Source: Escherichia coli (GTDB lineage Bacteria > Pseudomonadota > Gammaproteobacteria > Enterobacterales > Enterobacteriaceae). Taken from it: a stretch of DNA of 64,000 bases. Below the pieces are notes generated by a model. It was not told where the DNA came from. It made no database searches and saw nothing but the letters and a program-made list of their open reading frames with translations. Made by a program: the position numbers and the translations under genes. Where the stretch lies: NCBI RefSeq assembly GCF_029227855.1, contig NZ_CP074356.1, one strand, 5' to 3'. Each line of letters starts with the position of its first letter. Positions within the stretch are counted from its first letter, which is position 1. Below, one piece after another: positions 34,171 through 45,018 of the stretch.

Positions 34171-34246
34171 TGGTGGGTCGTGCAGGATTCGAACCTGCGA
34201 CCAATTGATTAAAAGTCAACTGCTCTACCAACTGAGCTAACGACCC
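34171..34246 (-). tRNA. lysQ: tRNA-Lys (UUU)
   Basis: The reverse complement equals GGGTCGTTAGCTCAGTTGGTAGAGCAGTTGACTTTTAATCAATTGGTCGCAGGTTCGAATCCTGCACGACCCACCA. The gene name is assigned by position. Confidence 0.97.
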
Positions 34247-34279
34247 CTTGCGGGATTATGCTGCTTTAATCATTCAGGA

Positions 34280-34355
34280 TGGTGGGTCGTGCAGGATTCG
34301 AACCTGCGACCAATTGATTAAAAGTCAACTGCTCTACCAACTGAGCTAACGACCC
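34280..34355 (-). tRNA. lysZ: tRNA-Lys (UUU)
   Basis: Identical 76-nt tRNA-Lys sequence. Confidence 0.97.
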
Positions 34356-34403
34356 ATACGGGTGTTACCTGAAAGATTTCTACTCGGAACCAATCTTTAA
34401 AAT

Positions 34404-34421
34404 TGGTGGGTCGTGCAGGAT
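34404..34421 (-). repeat. tRNA-Lys 3'-end fragment, copy B
   Basis: tggtgggtcgtgcaggat followed by gactcgcttcgctcgccctacgggccgttgctggcgcaacgttatccttcacg. Confidence 0.9.
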
Positions 34422-34501
34422 GACTCGCTTCGCTCGCCCTACGGGCCGTTGCTGGCGCAACGTTATCCTTCACGCTTAACATCTGAGTTTGATGTTAAAA
34501 T

Positions 34502-34577
34502 TGGTGGGTCGTGCAGGATTCGAACCTGCGACCAATTGATTAAAAGTCAACTGCTCTACCAACTGAGCTAACGACCC
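34502..34577 (-). tRNA. lysY: tRNA-Lys (UUU)
   Basis: Identical 76-nt tRNA-Lys sequence. Confidence 0.97.
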
Positions 34578-34580
34578 GAG

Positions 34581-34656
34581 TGGTGGGTGATGACGGGATC
34601 GAACCGCCGACCCCCTCCTTGTAAGGGAGGTGCTCTCCCAGCTGAGCTAATCACCC
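34581..34656 (-). tRNA. valZ: tRNA-Val (UAC)
   Basis: The reverse complement equals GGGTGATTAGCTCAGCTGGGAGAGCACCTCCCTTACAAGGAGGGGGTCGGCGGTTCGATCCCGTCATCACCCACCA. Confidence 0.97.
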
Positions 34657-34707
34657 GATACTGCGCTGGATACTACAAACTACTTCCACCGAACCCACCG
34701 TAATTAG

Positions 34708-34783
34708 TGGTGGGTCGTGCAGGATTCGAACCTGCGACCAATTGATTAAAAGTCAACTGCTCTACCAACTGAGCTAACGACCC
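34708..34783 (-). tRNA. lysW: tRNA-Lys (UUU)
   Basis: Identical 76-nt tRNA-Lys sequence. Confidence 0.97.
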
Positions 34784-34785
34784 GG

Positions 34786-34861
34786 TGGTGGGTGATGACG
34801 GGATCGAACCGCCGACCCCCTCCTTGTAAGGGAGGTGCTCTCCCAGCTGAGCTAATCACCC
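34786..34861 (-). tRNA. valT: tRNA-Val (UAC)
   Basis: Identical 76-nt tRNA-Val sequence, 2 nt from lysW. Confidence 0.97.
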
Positions 34862-34896
34862 GATACTACGCTGGATACTACAACTAACTAGGTTAG

Positions 34897-34914
34897 TGGT
34901 GGGTCGTGCAGGAT
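34897..34914 (-). repeat. tRNA-Lys 3'-end fragment, copy C
   Basis: tggtgggtcgtgcaggat followed by gactcgacttcgtctcgcccttcgggccgttgctgacgcaacgttatccttcacg. Confidence 0.9.
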
Positions 34915-34996
34915 GACTCGACTTCGTCTCGCCCTTCGGGCCGTTGCTGACGCAACGTTATCCTTCACGTTTTACTACCGCTTCCACCTTAGCGAT

Positions 34997-35072
34997 TGGT
35001 GGGTCGTGCAGGATTCGAACCTGCGACCAATTGATTAAAAGTCAACTGCTCTACCAACTGAGCTAACGACCC
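34997..35072 (-). tRNA. lysT: tRNA-Lys (UUU), first gene of the operon
   Basis: Identical 76-nt tRNA-Lys sequence. Confidence 0.97.
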
Positions 35073-35122
35073 ACTTTTTCGTTGCTTTCGGTTTGTTTGA
35101 TATCCCGTGGCAACGGCGGCAT

Positions 35123-35150
35123 ATATTACTGATTTCAGACTTGAGCGCAA
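35123..35150 (-). promoter_or_regulatory. Candidate lysT operon promoter
   Basis: On the minus strand, TTGCGC (-35) is followed by a 16-nt spacer, TAATAT (-10) and then the GC-rich discriminator gccgccg. An A/T-rich UP-like tract (aaatttttg) lies upstream. This architecture is typical of stringently controlled tRNA promoters. Confidence 0.55.
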
Positions 35151-35236
35151 CAAAAATTTCGATGTAGATCACTCAACTGCTTATGATTCGCACGACACGA
35201 CCAGAAATAATGCGACTTCTGGTCGTGTGTTATGCA

Positions 35237-36028
35237 TTACATCGCGTTCAGACGTTTTTGTGCCTGTTTAGCGCCATCAGTACCAGGGTATTTACTGATA
35301 ACCTGCTGGTATACGGCTTTCGCTTTTGCGGTGTCACCTTTGTCCTGCATGATGACGCCGACTTTAAACATCGCATCTGCAGCCTTTGGTGACTTCGGAT
35401 AGTTTTTTACTACCGAAGCAAAATAGTACGCCGCATCATCTTTTTTACCCTTGTTGTAGTTTAACTGACCCAGCCAATAATTGGCGTTTGGCAGGTAAGT
35501 TGAATCAGGGTAATTTTTGATGAAATTCTGAAATGCCACCATTGCGTCATCCTGGCGGGATTTATCCTGCACCAGCGCAATTGCTGCATTGTAATCCGTG
35601 TTTGCATCGCCGCTTTTCACCGGCGCGCCAGCATTCGCAGTACCAGCATCAGCTGTCGGCGTCGTTGATGCCGCCGCACCGCTTTGATCACCGCTGGTTG
35701 ATTGCGCCGCTGCACCACCGCTGCTGAGGCTGTCGATCTGCAACAGGATCTGCTTTTGCCGCTCCACGACCTGATTCAGTTGATACTGATTTTCCTGAAT
35801 CTGGCCACGCAGGGAATCAATATCGGATTGATTATCAGAGAGTTGTTGCTGGAGTTGGGTTAAAAGCTGGCTGTGAGCATTTGAAATACGCTCAAGTTGA
35901 GTGACGCGGTCTTCGACCGAGCCTGAGCCGACACTACTGATTGGTGCCTGAGCAAAAGCGGCCCAGGGGGCCGCTATACCAACCAGTAACGACAGACTCA
36001 ATAGTTGATGTCTGAAGTTACTGCTCAT
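35237..36028 (-). CDS. cpoB: Cell division coordinator CpoB (YbgF), TPR protein
   Basis: A 263 aa ORF with a signal peptide, a coiled-coil Q-rich region and TPR repeats. Confidence 0.95.
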   Translation of the reverse strand: MSSNFRHQLLSLSLLVGIAAPWAAFAQAPISSVGSGSVEDRVTQLERISNAHSQLLTQLQQQLSDNQSDIDSLRGQIQENQYQLNQVVERQKQILLQIDSLSSGGAAAQSTSGDQSGAAASTTPTADAGTANAGAPVKSGDANTDYNAAIALVQDKSRQDDAMVAFQNFIKNYPDSTYLPNANYWLGQLNYNKGKKDDAAYYFASVVKNYPKSPKAADAMFKVGVIMQDKGDTAKAKAVYQQVISKYPGTDGAKQAQKRLNAM

Positions 36029-36037
36029 GCAATTCTC

Positions 36038-36583
<546 letters not shown>

Positions 36584-36593
36584 TTAATTATTA

Positions 36594-37886
36594 TCACAGA
36601 TACGGCGACCAGGCAGGGAATTTGACCTGTCCATCAGTTGCCGGAAGACGCGCTTTGAAACGCCCATCTGTAGAAACCAAATTCAGCACGGATCCCATCC
36701 CCTGAGAAGAGCTGTAGATTACCATAGTGCCGTTAGGTGCCAGACTTGGCGTTTCATCCAGGAACGTGGACGACAGAACTTGTACGCCTCCCGTTGCCAG
36801 ATCTTGTTTGGCAATGTGCTGCTGCCCACCATTGGAGCTGACCATTACCATAAATTTACCGTCGCTGCTGACATCCGCATCCTGGTTCTGCGAACCTTCC
36901 CAGGTAATACGTTGTGGCGCACCGCCGTTGATATTCACTTTATAAACCTGTGGACGACCGGCCTGGTCAGAAGTAAATGCCAGGTTCTGGCTGTCCGGGA
37001 ACCAGGTCGGTTCGGTATTGTTACTGCGACCATCCGTCACCTGGCGGATCTGACCAGAAGCCAAATCCATTACGTACAGGTTCAGACTACCGGTTTTCGA
37101 CAAGGCGAATGCCAGTTTGCTGCCGTCTGGCGAGAATGCAGGTGCACCGTTGTGACGCGGGAATGAAGCCACCTGACGTACAGCGCCATTTGCCAGCGTT
37201 TGGATGACCAGCGCGGAACGACCGCTTTCGAAGGTCACATAAGCCAGTTTAGAACCGTCTGGTGACCACGCCGGAGACATCAGCGGCTGCGGTGAACGGT
37301 GAACGACAAACTGGTTGTAACCGTCATAGTCAGATACGCGCAGTTCATACGGGAACTGACCGCCGTTGGTCTGAACAACGTAGGCAATACGGGTACGGAA
37401 CGCACCTTTAATGCCGGTCAGTTTTTCAAACACTTCATCACTGGCGGTATGACCAGCATAACGCAGCCACTGCTTGTTCACTTTGTACGAGTTCTGAGCA
37501 AGTACAGTACCCGGTGCGCCGCCAGTGTCAACAAGTTGATAAGCAACATTGTAAGAACCATCCGGATTCGGAGTGACCTGACCGACAACTACAGCGTCAA
37601 TGCCCAGTGCGGACCATGCAGCTGGTTGTACTTCCTGCGCACTACCCGGCTGCTGTGGCAGACGAGCGCGATCTAACGGATTAAATTTACCGCTGTTACG
37701 CAAGTCAGCAGCAACGATGCCGCCAATATCTTCAGGTGCCGCACCAGGACCCGCCCACTGGAAAGGAACAACACCAATAGGACGACCGGAATCTACACCG
37801 CTGTCGATCACAATGCGGACTTCAGCATGCAGAACTGATGCCCACAGTATGAGAAAACCAAATGCTACTCGTAATGCCTGCTTCAT
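36594..37886 (-). CDS. tolB: Tol-Pal system periplasmic beta-propeller protein
   Basis: [21 protein letters not shown]... gives 430 aa. The ORF has tandem ATG codons (37889 or 37886), and I chose the second. Confidence 0.95.
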   Translation of the reverse strand: MKQALRVAFGFLILWASVLHAEVRIVIDSGVDSGRPIGVVPFQWAGPGAAPEDIGGIVAADLRNSGKFNPLDRARLPQQPGSAQEVQPAAWSALGIDAVVVGQVTPNPDGSYNVAYQLVDTGGAPGTVLAQNSYKVNKQWLRYAGHTASDEVFEKLTGIKGAFRTRIAYVVQTNGGQFPYELRVSDYDGYNQFVVHRSPQPLMSPAWSPDGSKLAYVTFESGRSALVIQTLANGAVRQVASFPRHNGAPAFSPDGSKLAFALSKTGSLNLYVMDLASGQIRQVTDGRSNNTEPTWFPDSQNLAFTSDQAGRPQVYKVNINGGAPQRITWEGSQNQDADVSSDGKFMVMVSSNGGQQHIAKQDLATGGVQVLSSTFLDETPSLAPNGTMVIYSSSQGMGSVLNLVSTDGRFKARLPATDGQVKFPAWSPYL

Positions 37887-38018
37887 CATATCTCCCTTAT
37901 CTGGACCGATGGCCCACGATAATTTAGCAGAATGTTAACAAACTAAAATACACAAAACTACCAGAACCCCGTGGCAACCGGTGCCTGATGTTGACCGTCG
38001 GAACAGTCAACATCGCGA

Positions 38019-39329
38019 TTACGGTTTGAAGTCCAATGGCGCGTTTTTGAACACTTCATATACTGCCTGGCTTGGTGGTTTCGGGATCTTCGCAAGTTTA
38101 GCTGCTGCCAACGCAGCCTGACAAAGTGCGGGATCGCCACCTTCAGGTTTGATATCCAGTAACATACCATCGGGTGCCAGTTTTATGCGCAGCGTACAGG
38201 TTTTGCCTGCATAGGACGATGCGTCATAGAACTTACTTTCGATAGCAGATTTAATCTGCCCGGCATAGTTATTGATATCGGCCCCTGATGCGCCATTGTT
38301 TTTAGTATTACCACTCCCGGCAGGCGAAGCATTGTTCCCTTTCGCCCCTCCCCCCGTTTTCGGTGCATTCTTACCAGAGCTTAGCTCACCGAAAATATCA
38401 TCTGCCTCTGCGGCAGCTTTTGCTGCAGCGGCTTTTTCAGCTGCTGCTTTTGCAGCTGCTGCTTTTGCAGCTGCCGCTTTTTTGTCTGCGGCGGCTTTTT
38501 CTGCCGCTGCTTTCTTATCAGCTGCTGCCTTTTCAGCAGCTGCCTTTTCAGCAGCTGCCTTTTCAGCAGCCGCTTTTTCTGCTGCTTTTTTGTCGGCTGC
38601 AGCTTTCTCTGCTGCCACTTTCTTATCAGCTGCAGCCTTTTCAGCAGCCGCTTTCTTCTCAGCTTCTGCCTTGGCTTTTTCAGCAGCTTCAGTTGCCGCT
38701 TTCTTTCTTGCTTCAGCTGCAGCTGCTTCTGCCGCTTCCGCTTTCTTCTTCAGTGCCGCAGCGGCTGCCTCGGCTTTTTTCTGCGCTTCGGCTGCGGCTT
38801 TGGCGGCTTCTGCTTCTGCTTTTTTCTTCGCGTCTGCAGCCGCTTTCTTCGCAGCTTCTTCCGCAGCTTTAGCATCCGCTTCAGCCTTCGCTTTAGCATC
38901 TTCCGCCGCTTTCGCTGCCGCTTCTTCCGCTTGCTTCTGCTTTAACTCGGCCTGTTTTGCGGCTTCTTCAGCCTGCTTTTTCTGTTCCTGAGCAGCTAAC
39001 CGCTCTTTCTCAAGTTGCTTCAGGCGTTCCTGTTCAGCCGCTTGTTTCTCACGCAGTTCTTCAGCAGCCTGCTGTTCCTTCATCTTGCGCTGCTCATCAG
39101 AACGCTTCGCGCTTGATTCCTGGCTTTGCATGCGTTTGTACTGCTCAACTACCGCACCTGAATCAACCATGACAGCGTCGATGGATGAACCACCGCCGCC
39201 TCCGGCTGAAGCTTCTATATTCTCATCGAACGAACTCCAGATCAGCGCCGCAAATAAGATGACATGCAGCACTGCTGAAATAATTATCGCCCGCTTGAGC
39301 TTGTCGTTTTGTTCGGTTGCCTTTGACAC
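38019..39329 (-). CDS. tolA: Tol-Pal system protein TolA (436 aa, GTG start)
   Basis: VSKATEQNDKLKRAIIISAVLHVILFAALIW... is followed by a long Ala/Lys/Glu helical domain II and the C-terminal domain ...AVYEVFKNAPLDFKP. Confidence 0.96.
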   Translation of the reverse strand: MSKATEQNDKLKRAIIISAVLHVILFAALIWSSFDENIEASAGGGGGSSIDAVMVDSGAVVEQYKRMQSQESSAKRSDEQRKMKEQQAAEELREKQAAEQERLKQLEKERLAAQEQKKQAEEAAKQAELKQKQAEEAAAKAAEDAKAKAEADAKAAEEAAKKAAADAKKKAEAEAAKAAAEAQKKAEAAAAALKKKAEAAEAAAAEARKKAATEAAEKAKAEAEKKAAAEKAAADKKVAAEKAAADKKAAEKAAAEKAAAEKAAAEKAAADKKAAAEKAAADKKAAAAKAAAAKAAAEKAAAAKAAAEADDIFGELSSGKNAPKTGGGAKGNNASPAGSGNTKNNGASGADINNYAGQIKSAIESKFYDASSYAGKTCTLRIKLAPDGMLLDIKPEGGDPALCQAALAAAKLAKIPKPPSQAVYEVFKNAPLDFKP

Positions 39330-39393
39330 TCTCGGTTTCCAAAAACTGTTCGCCTGTTACCCGCTCTCTTTCAAGCAAGGGAAACGCAGATGT

Positions 39394-39822
39394 TTAGATA
39401 GGCTGCGTCATTAAACCAACCGATTTCACACCCGCACTATGTAACAAGTTCAGTGCTTTAATTATTTCATCGTAAGGCACATCTTTTGCGCCACCGATCA
39501 GAAAGACCGTTTTCGGGTTGGCCTTGAAACGGCTGGACACTTCCGCCACCACCTGCTCTGGTGGTAAACGCTCCAGGCGATCTTTCTCAACCACCACGGT
39601 GTACTGACCAATACCAGACACTTCAACAATCACTGGCGGATTATCGTTACTGCTAACCGCCTGTGATTCAGTAGCGTCTGGCAGATCGACCTCCACGCTC
39701 TGGGTGATGATGGGCGCTGTCGCCATAAAGATCAGCAACAGCACCAGCAGTACGTCCAGCAACGGTACAATGTTGATTTCGGACTTGAGATCGCGACGAC
39801 CTCGTCCACGCGCTCTGGCCAT
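39394..39822 (-). CDS. tolR: Tol-Pal system protein TolR
   Basis: A 142 aa ORF (MARARGRGRRDLKSEINIVPLLDVLLVLLLIFM). Confidence 0.96.
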   Translation of the reverse strand: MARARGRGRRDLKSEINIVPLLDVLLVLLLIFMATAPIITQSVEVDLPDATESQAVSSNDNPPVIVEVSGIGQYTVVVEKDRLERLPPEQVVAEVSSRFKANPKTVFLIGGAKDVPYDEIIKALNLLHSAGVKSVGLMTQPI

Positions 39823-39825
39823 GGC

Positions 39826-40919
<1,094 letters not shown>

Positions 40920-41068
40920 TTTACATCCCGGTAATGCAACAAAAGTTAGAGCTTTTAAACGCTGCTACTATACGCGCGCGATTGAGGTTTGGGAATGAGG
41001 GCAAGTTAAGGGAGCGTAAAAATTTATGGGCCTGGAGCGGCCCATAATTTTTTAAAGAGAATTCTGAT

Positions 41069-41362
41069 TTAAAAGAAGAAGAAAATCAGCCCGACAATGA
41101 GAACAATATCAGCAAGCAATGGGCAAAAAATCCCTTGCCAAAGAACCTTCTGCGGACGAAAGCCCACGCCGTGAATCACACCAGCACAGACGGCCCACAT
41201 CAGCAATAAACCATGCCAGATTTCCAGTTCACTGGTCTTCGCGGCGAAACGTGATGGGTCCCAAAACATACATCCGGCTAACAGAAGCGCCATCACGAAG
41301 GAAAGCGCCCGCAGGGGGCGCTTGTCCATTACCGCATACAAGGTTGCGATAATCTTACTCAT
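41069..41362 (-). CDS. ybgE: cyd operon membrane protein YbgE
   Basis: A 97 aa ORF. Its ATG overlaps the cydX stop (ATGA). Confidence 0.9.
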   Translation of the reverse strand: MSKIIATLYAVMDKRPLRALSFVMALLLAGCMFWDPSRFAAKTSELEIWHGLLLMWAVCAGVIHGVGFRPQKVLWQGIFCPLLADIVLIVGLIFFFF

Positions 41363-41475
41363 CAGATGTCTTCTTGACCGGCTTTGCCTGATTCGACGTG
41401 CTCAAGCGCCAGCGCGGTGATTACCCCAAACGAACAGGCAAGAAGCGTTCCCAGAATCCATGCGAAATACCACAT
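41362..41475 (-). CDS. cydX: Cytochrome bd-I small subunit CydX (YbgT), 37 aa
   Basis: Below the ORF-track cutoff. The reverse-complement translation ends ...ALALEHVESGKAGQEDI* and starts MWYFAWILGTLLAC..., 14 nt downstream of the cydB stop. Confidence 0.9.
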   Translation of the reverse strand: MWYFAWILGTLLACSFGVITALALEHVESGKAGQEDI

Positions 41476-41489
41476 TTTTAGCTCCTTAC

Positions 41490-42629
41490 TTAGTACAGAG
41501 AGTGGGTGTTACGTTCAATATCTTCTTTGGTGATACGACCGAACATTTTCCAGTAACACCAGGCGGTGTAGAGCAGAATGATCGGTACCAGAACCACCGC
41601 AACCCAGGTCATGACGTTAAGCGTCAGCTGGCTGGAAGTTGCATCCCACATTGTCAGACTTGCGTTCATCATGGTGCTGGACGGCATCACAAACGGGAAC
41701 ATTGCGATACCGGCAGTCAGGATGATGCAGGCCAGCGTCAGGGAGGAGAACACAAACGCCCACGCGGCTTTATCCATACGTGCAGTCAGGATGGTCAGCA
41801 GCGGCAGAACCACACCCAGTGCCGGAATAGCCCACAGAATTGGCGTGTTGTTGAAGTTTACCAGCCATGCGCCAGCTTCACGAACCACTTCTTTATTCAG
41901 TGGGTTAGAGGCTGCGTAATGGTCCATTGTCGATTTCACGACATAACCATCGATACCGTACATCACCCATACGCCAGCCAGTGCGAAACAGACCAGTGTC
42001 ACCAGTGCCGCCACCTGAGCCGTTGCACGGGTACGCAGGTGCAGTTCGCCCACGGTACGCATTTGCAGATAGGTTGCGCCCTGAGTAATGATCATCCCTA
42101 CGCTCACCACGCCTGCCAGCAGGCCGAACGGGTTAAGCAGCTGGAAGAAGTTACCGGTGTAGTACAGACGCAGATATTCATCAACGTTGAACGGTACGCC
42201 CTGCAACAGGTTACCGAACGCTACACCAATCACCAGCGGCGGAACGAAGCTACCAATGAAGATGCCCCAGTCCCACATGTTACGCCAGCGGGTTTCTTCA
42301 ATCTTGGAGCGGTAGTCAAAACCGACCGGACGGAAGAACAAAGACGCCAGCACGAGGATCATCGCCACATAGAAGCCGGAGAACGCAGCGGCATAGACCA
42401 TCGGCCAGGCAGCAAAGAGTGCGCCGCCTGCGGTGATCAGCCAAACCTGGTTACCGTCCCAGTGTGGTGCAATGGAGTTAATCATAATTCGACGCTCGGT
42501 GTCGTTACGACCGAGGAAACGGGTGAGCATGCCCACCCCCATGTCGAAACCGTCAGTGACTGCAAAACCAATCAGCAGAACGCCAACCAGCAGCCACCAG
42601 ATAAAACGCAATACTTCATAATCGATCAT
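41490..42629 (-). CDS. cydB: Cytochrome bd-I ubiquinol oxidase subunit II
   Basis: A 379 aa ORF (MIDYEVLRFIWWLLVGVLLIGFAVTDGFDMG...). Confidence 0.97.
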   Translation of the reverse strand: MIDYEVLRFIWWLLVGVLLIGFAVTDGFDMGVGMLTRFLGRNDTERRIMINSIAPHWDGNQVWLITAGGALFAAWPMVYAAAFSGFYVAMILVLASLFFRPVGFDYRSKIEETRWRNMWDWGIFIGSFVPPLVIGVAFGNLLQGVPFNVDEYLRLYYTGNFFQLLNPFGLLAGVVSVGMIITQGATYLQMRTVGELHLRTRATAQVAALVTLVCFALAGVWVMYGIDGYVVKSTMDHYAASNPLNKEVVREAGAWLVNFNNTPILWAIPALGVVLPLLTILTARMDKAAWAFVFSSLTLACIILTAGIAMFPFVMPSSTMMNASLTMWDATSSQLTLNVMTWVAVVLVPIILLYTAWCYWKMFGRITKEDIERNTHSLY

Positions 42630-42644
42630 TTGACGACTCCTGTC

Positions 42645-44213
42645 TTAGCGTGCCGGCTGAGTAGTCGTGGAAGACTGCTCAAAGTGATAGCGACCGGTTT
42701 TCAGGCTGCTTGGGCCGAGGCGTGCAAACTTGAACATTAAGAACAATTCTGCCACCAGGAACAGGGTATACAGGCCGCAAATCAGCACCATTGAGAAGAT
42801 GAGATCGCCTGCGGTCAGTGACGAGTTCGCCACAGCTGTCGGCAGCACTTCACCGATAGCCCACGGTTGGCGGCCATATTCAGCCACAAACCAGCCCGCT
42901 TCTACAGCAATCCACGGCAGCGGAATACCGTACAGCGCGGCGCGCAGCAGCCATTTTTTCTCGCCAATGCGGTTGCGGATGACACTCCAGAAAGAGAGCG
43001 CGATGATTGCCAGCAGTAGGAAGCCACACGCCACCATGATACGGAACGCGAAGTACAGCGGCGCTACACGCGGAATGGAGTCTTTGGTTGCCTGTTGAAT
43101 CTGCGCTTCAGTCGCATCAGCCACGTTTGGCGTATAGCGTTTCAGCAGCAGACCGTAACCGAGGTCTTTCTTCATGCTATTGAACTGGTCACGAACCGCC
43201 TGGTCGGTAGAACCAGAACGCAGTTGCTCGAGCAGAGAGTACGCCTTCATCCCGTTACGAATGCGTTCTTCATGCTGCACCATCAGTTCTTTCAGGCCGA
43301 TAACTGGAGTATCCACGGAACGCGTTGCAATGATGCCCAGCGCGTAAGGGATCTGGATCGCAAATTTGTTCGTCTCCTCTTCCTGATCAGGAATGCCGAA
43401 CAGAGTAAAGGCAGCAGGCGCAGGTTGCGTTTCCCACTCGGCTTCAATAGCAGCCAGTTTGGTTTTCTGCACGTCGCCCATTTCGTAACCAGATTCATCA
43501 CCCAGAACAATAACAGACAGAACGGCAGCCATACCGAAGCTGGCAGCGATAGCAAAGGAGCGTTTAGCGAAGGCGAAGTCACGACCTTTCAGCATATACC
43601 ATGCGCTGATACCGAGGATGAACATCGCGCCAGTCACATAACCAGACGCTACAGTGTGAACGAATTTCACCTGAGCAACCGGGTTAAGCACCAGCTCGGA
43701 GAAGCTCACCATCTCCATACGCATAGTTTCAAAGTTGAAATCGGACGCGATTGGGTTTTGCATCCAGCCGTTCGCAACCAGAATCCACAGTGCGGACAGG
43801 TTTGAACCGAGCGCCACCAGCCAGGTGACACACATATGCTGAACTTTACCCAGACGATCCCAACCGAAGAAGAACAGACCTACAAAGGTGGATTCGAGGA
43901 AGAAGGCCATCAGACCTTCGATTGCCAGCGGCGCACCGAAGATATCCCCTACATAGTGGGAATAGTAAGACCAGTTAGTCCCGAACTGGAACTCCATGGT
44001 CAGACCGGTAGCCACACCCAGAGCGAAGTTGATACCAAACAACTTGCCCCAGAACTTGGTCATATCTTTATAAATCTGTTTGCCGGAAAGGACGTAGACC
44101 GTTTCCATAATGGCCAGCAGGAACGCCATACCGAGCGTCAGTGGCACAAAAAGGAAGTGGTACATCGCGGTCAAGGCAAACTGTAAGCGCGACAGTTCGA
44201 CTATATCTAACAT
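42645..44213 (-). CDS. cydA: Cytochrome bd-I ubiquinol oxidase subunit I
   Basis: [28 protein letters not shown]... gives 522 aa from the second of two tandem ATG codons. Confidence 0.97.
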
Positions 44214-44550
44214 CATGACTCCTTGCTCATCGCATGAAGACTCCGAGAGTGAACCCCGTTAGAAAGGGTCACACGCATGCCCCAATACAAAATTATTTGC
44301 TCGCCTCTATCGTTGCCATTTCATCAAAAGAGGAAAAGACAATGATAAAAAAGTTACAAATATGTTAATGAATAAACCAAATTGATCCCGTAATTATATT
44401 ACGCCGCAAAATCCTTACAATAAACATGTTTTTATTGAGCAAATTTGCATTTTTCGACAGTGATCAATTTATAGCGAAATTGTCACGATCTCACCAATTT
44501 GATCTACGACAATTTATCGTGTTTTGCAGATTTTTTTCAAGAATTAAAAA

Positions 44551-44564
44551 TTGATTTATATCAA
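44551..44564. promoter_or_regulatory. FNR site in the cydA promoter region
   Basis: ttgatttatatcaa is a perfect TTGAT-N4-ATCAA. A weaker copy, ttgatctacgacaa, is at 44499-44512. Confidence 0.75.
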
Positions 44565-45018
44565 AACCAACCAAATATGTTAATTGTGTATAAACCATAG
44601 ATCATTGGTGATTTTATTGTTAATTTATTGTGAAATATTTATGCAACACAATTATTACAATGAAAAGGTATAGATAAAAAACCAGTGTTTTATTTAACAG
44701 AACCGCCTTATCCACTTTTTATAATACCAATTGATTAGATTAGCCAATTTGTTGCTATTTTACATAACATATTTTTATCAAAGTTAATTGATTGTTGCGT
44801 TTATGAGCACCGGCCGTAAGCCCGTTATGTTATTGTTTCATTAGTAATAATCACTTAAATGTATCGATGAAACAGGTATGACTTAGCGGGAGTGATTGTT
44901 TCTGAGTGAACAGAGACCACTTTCGCCTGATAAATGAAAAATGAGCGATTTTTGCAAGTTAGTTTTTCTATAGCCGAGTACGCTCAGCGCCTCGCTTGAT
45001 TACAATGAGGTTGCTGCT

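Noticed and set aside
33896-34231. 111-aa ORF in the track
   Set aside because: It runs through the lysQ tRNA gene, two terminator hairpins and a tRNA fragment, and is not coding.
34015-34914. tRNA-Lys 3'-end fragments considered as attL/attR scars of an integrated element
   Set aside because: The fragments lie only about 100-150 nt from intact tRNA genes inside the operon and enclose no cargo. Unequal recombination within the operon explains them better.
34171-35072. Regularly spaced identical 76-nt repeats that could superficially look like a CRISPR array
   Set aside because: The repeats are complete tRNA-Lys(UUU) and tRNA-Val(UAC) genes with cloverleaf sequence and encoded CCA. There are no cas genes, and the spacer lengths are irregular.
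38272-38991. 239-aa and 169-aa low-complexity ORFs (poly-A/F/S or L/Q/P) on the plus strand
   Set aside because: They are reverse-strand readings of the repetitive Ala/Lys/Glu-coding tract of tolA domain II, so their openness is a by-product of the repeat.
41460-42740. 426-aa ORF on the plus strand
   Set aside because: It is entirely antisense to cydB and the end of cydA, whose products match well-known proteins. The translated sequence is a His/Gln/Arg-rich mirror-frame artefact with no RBS.
44217-45018. Possible mobility genes or att sites at the island's left border
   Set aside because: No ORF of meaningful length and no integrase or transposase remnant is visible. The region looks like the AT-rich multi-promoter cydA control region (FNR sites present) followed by island DNA.
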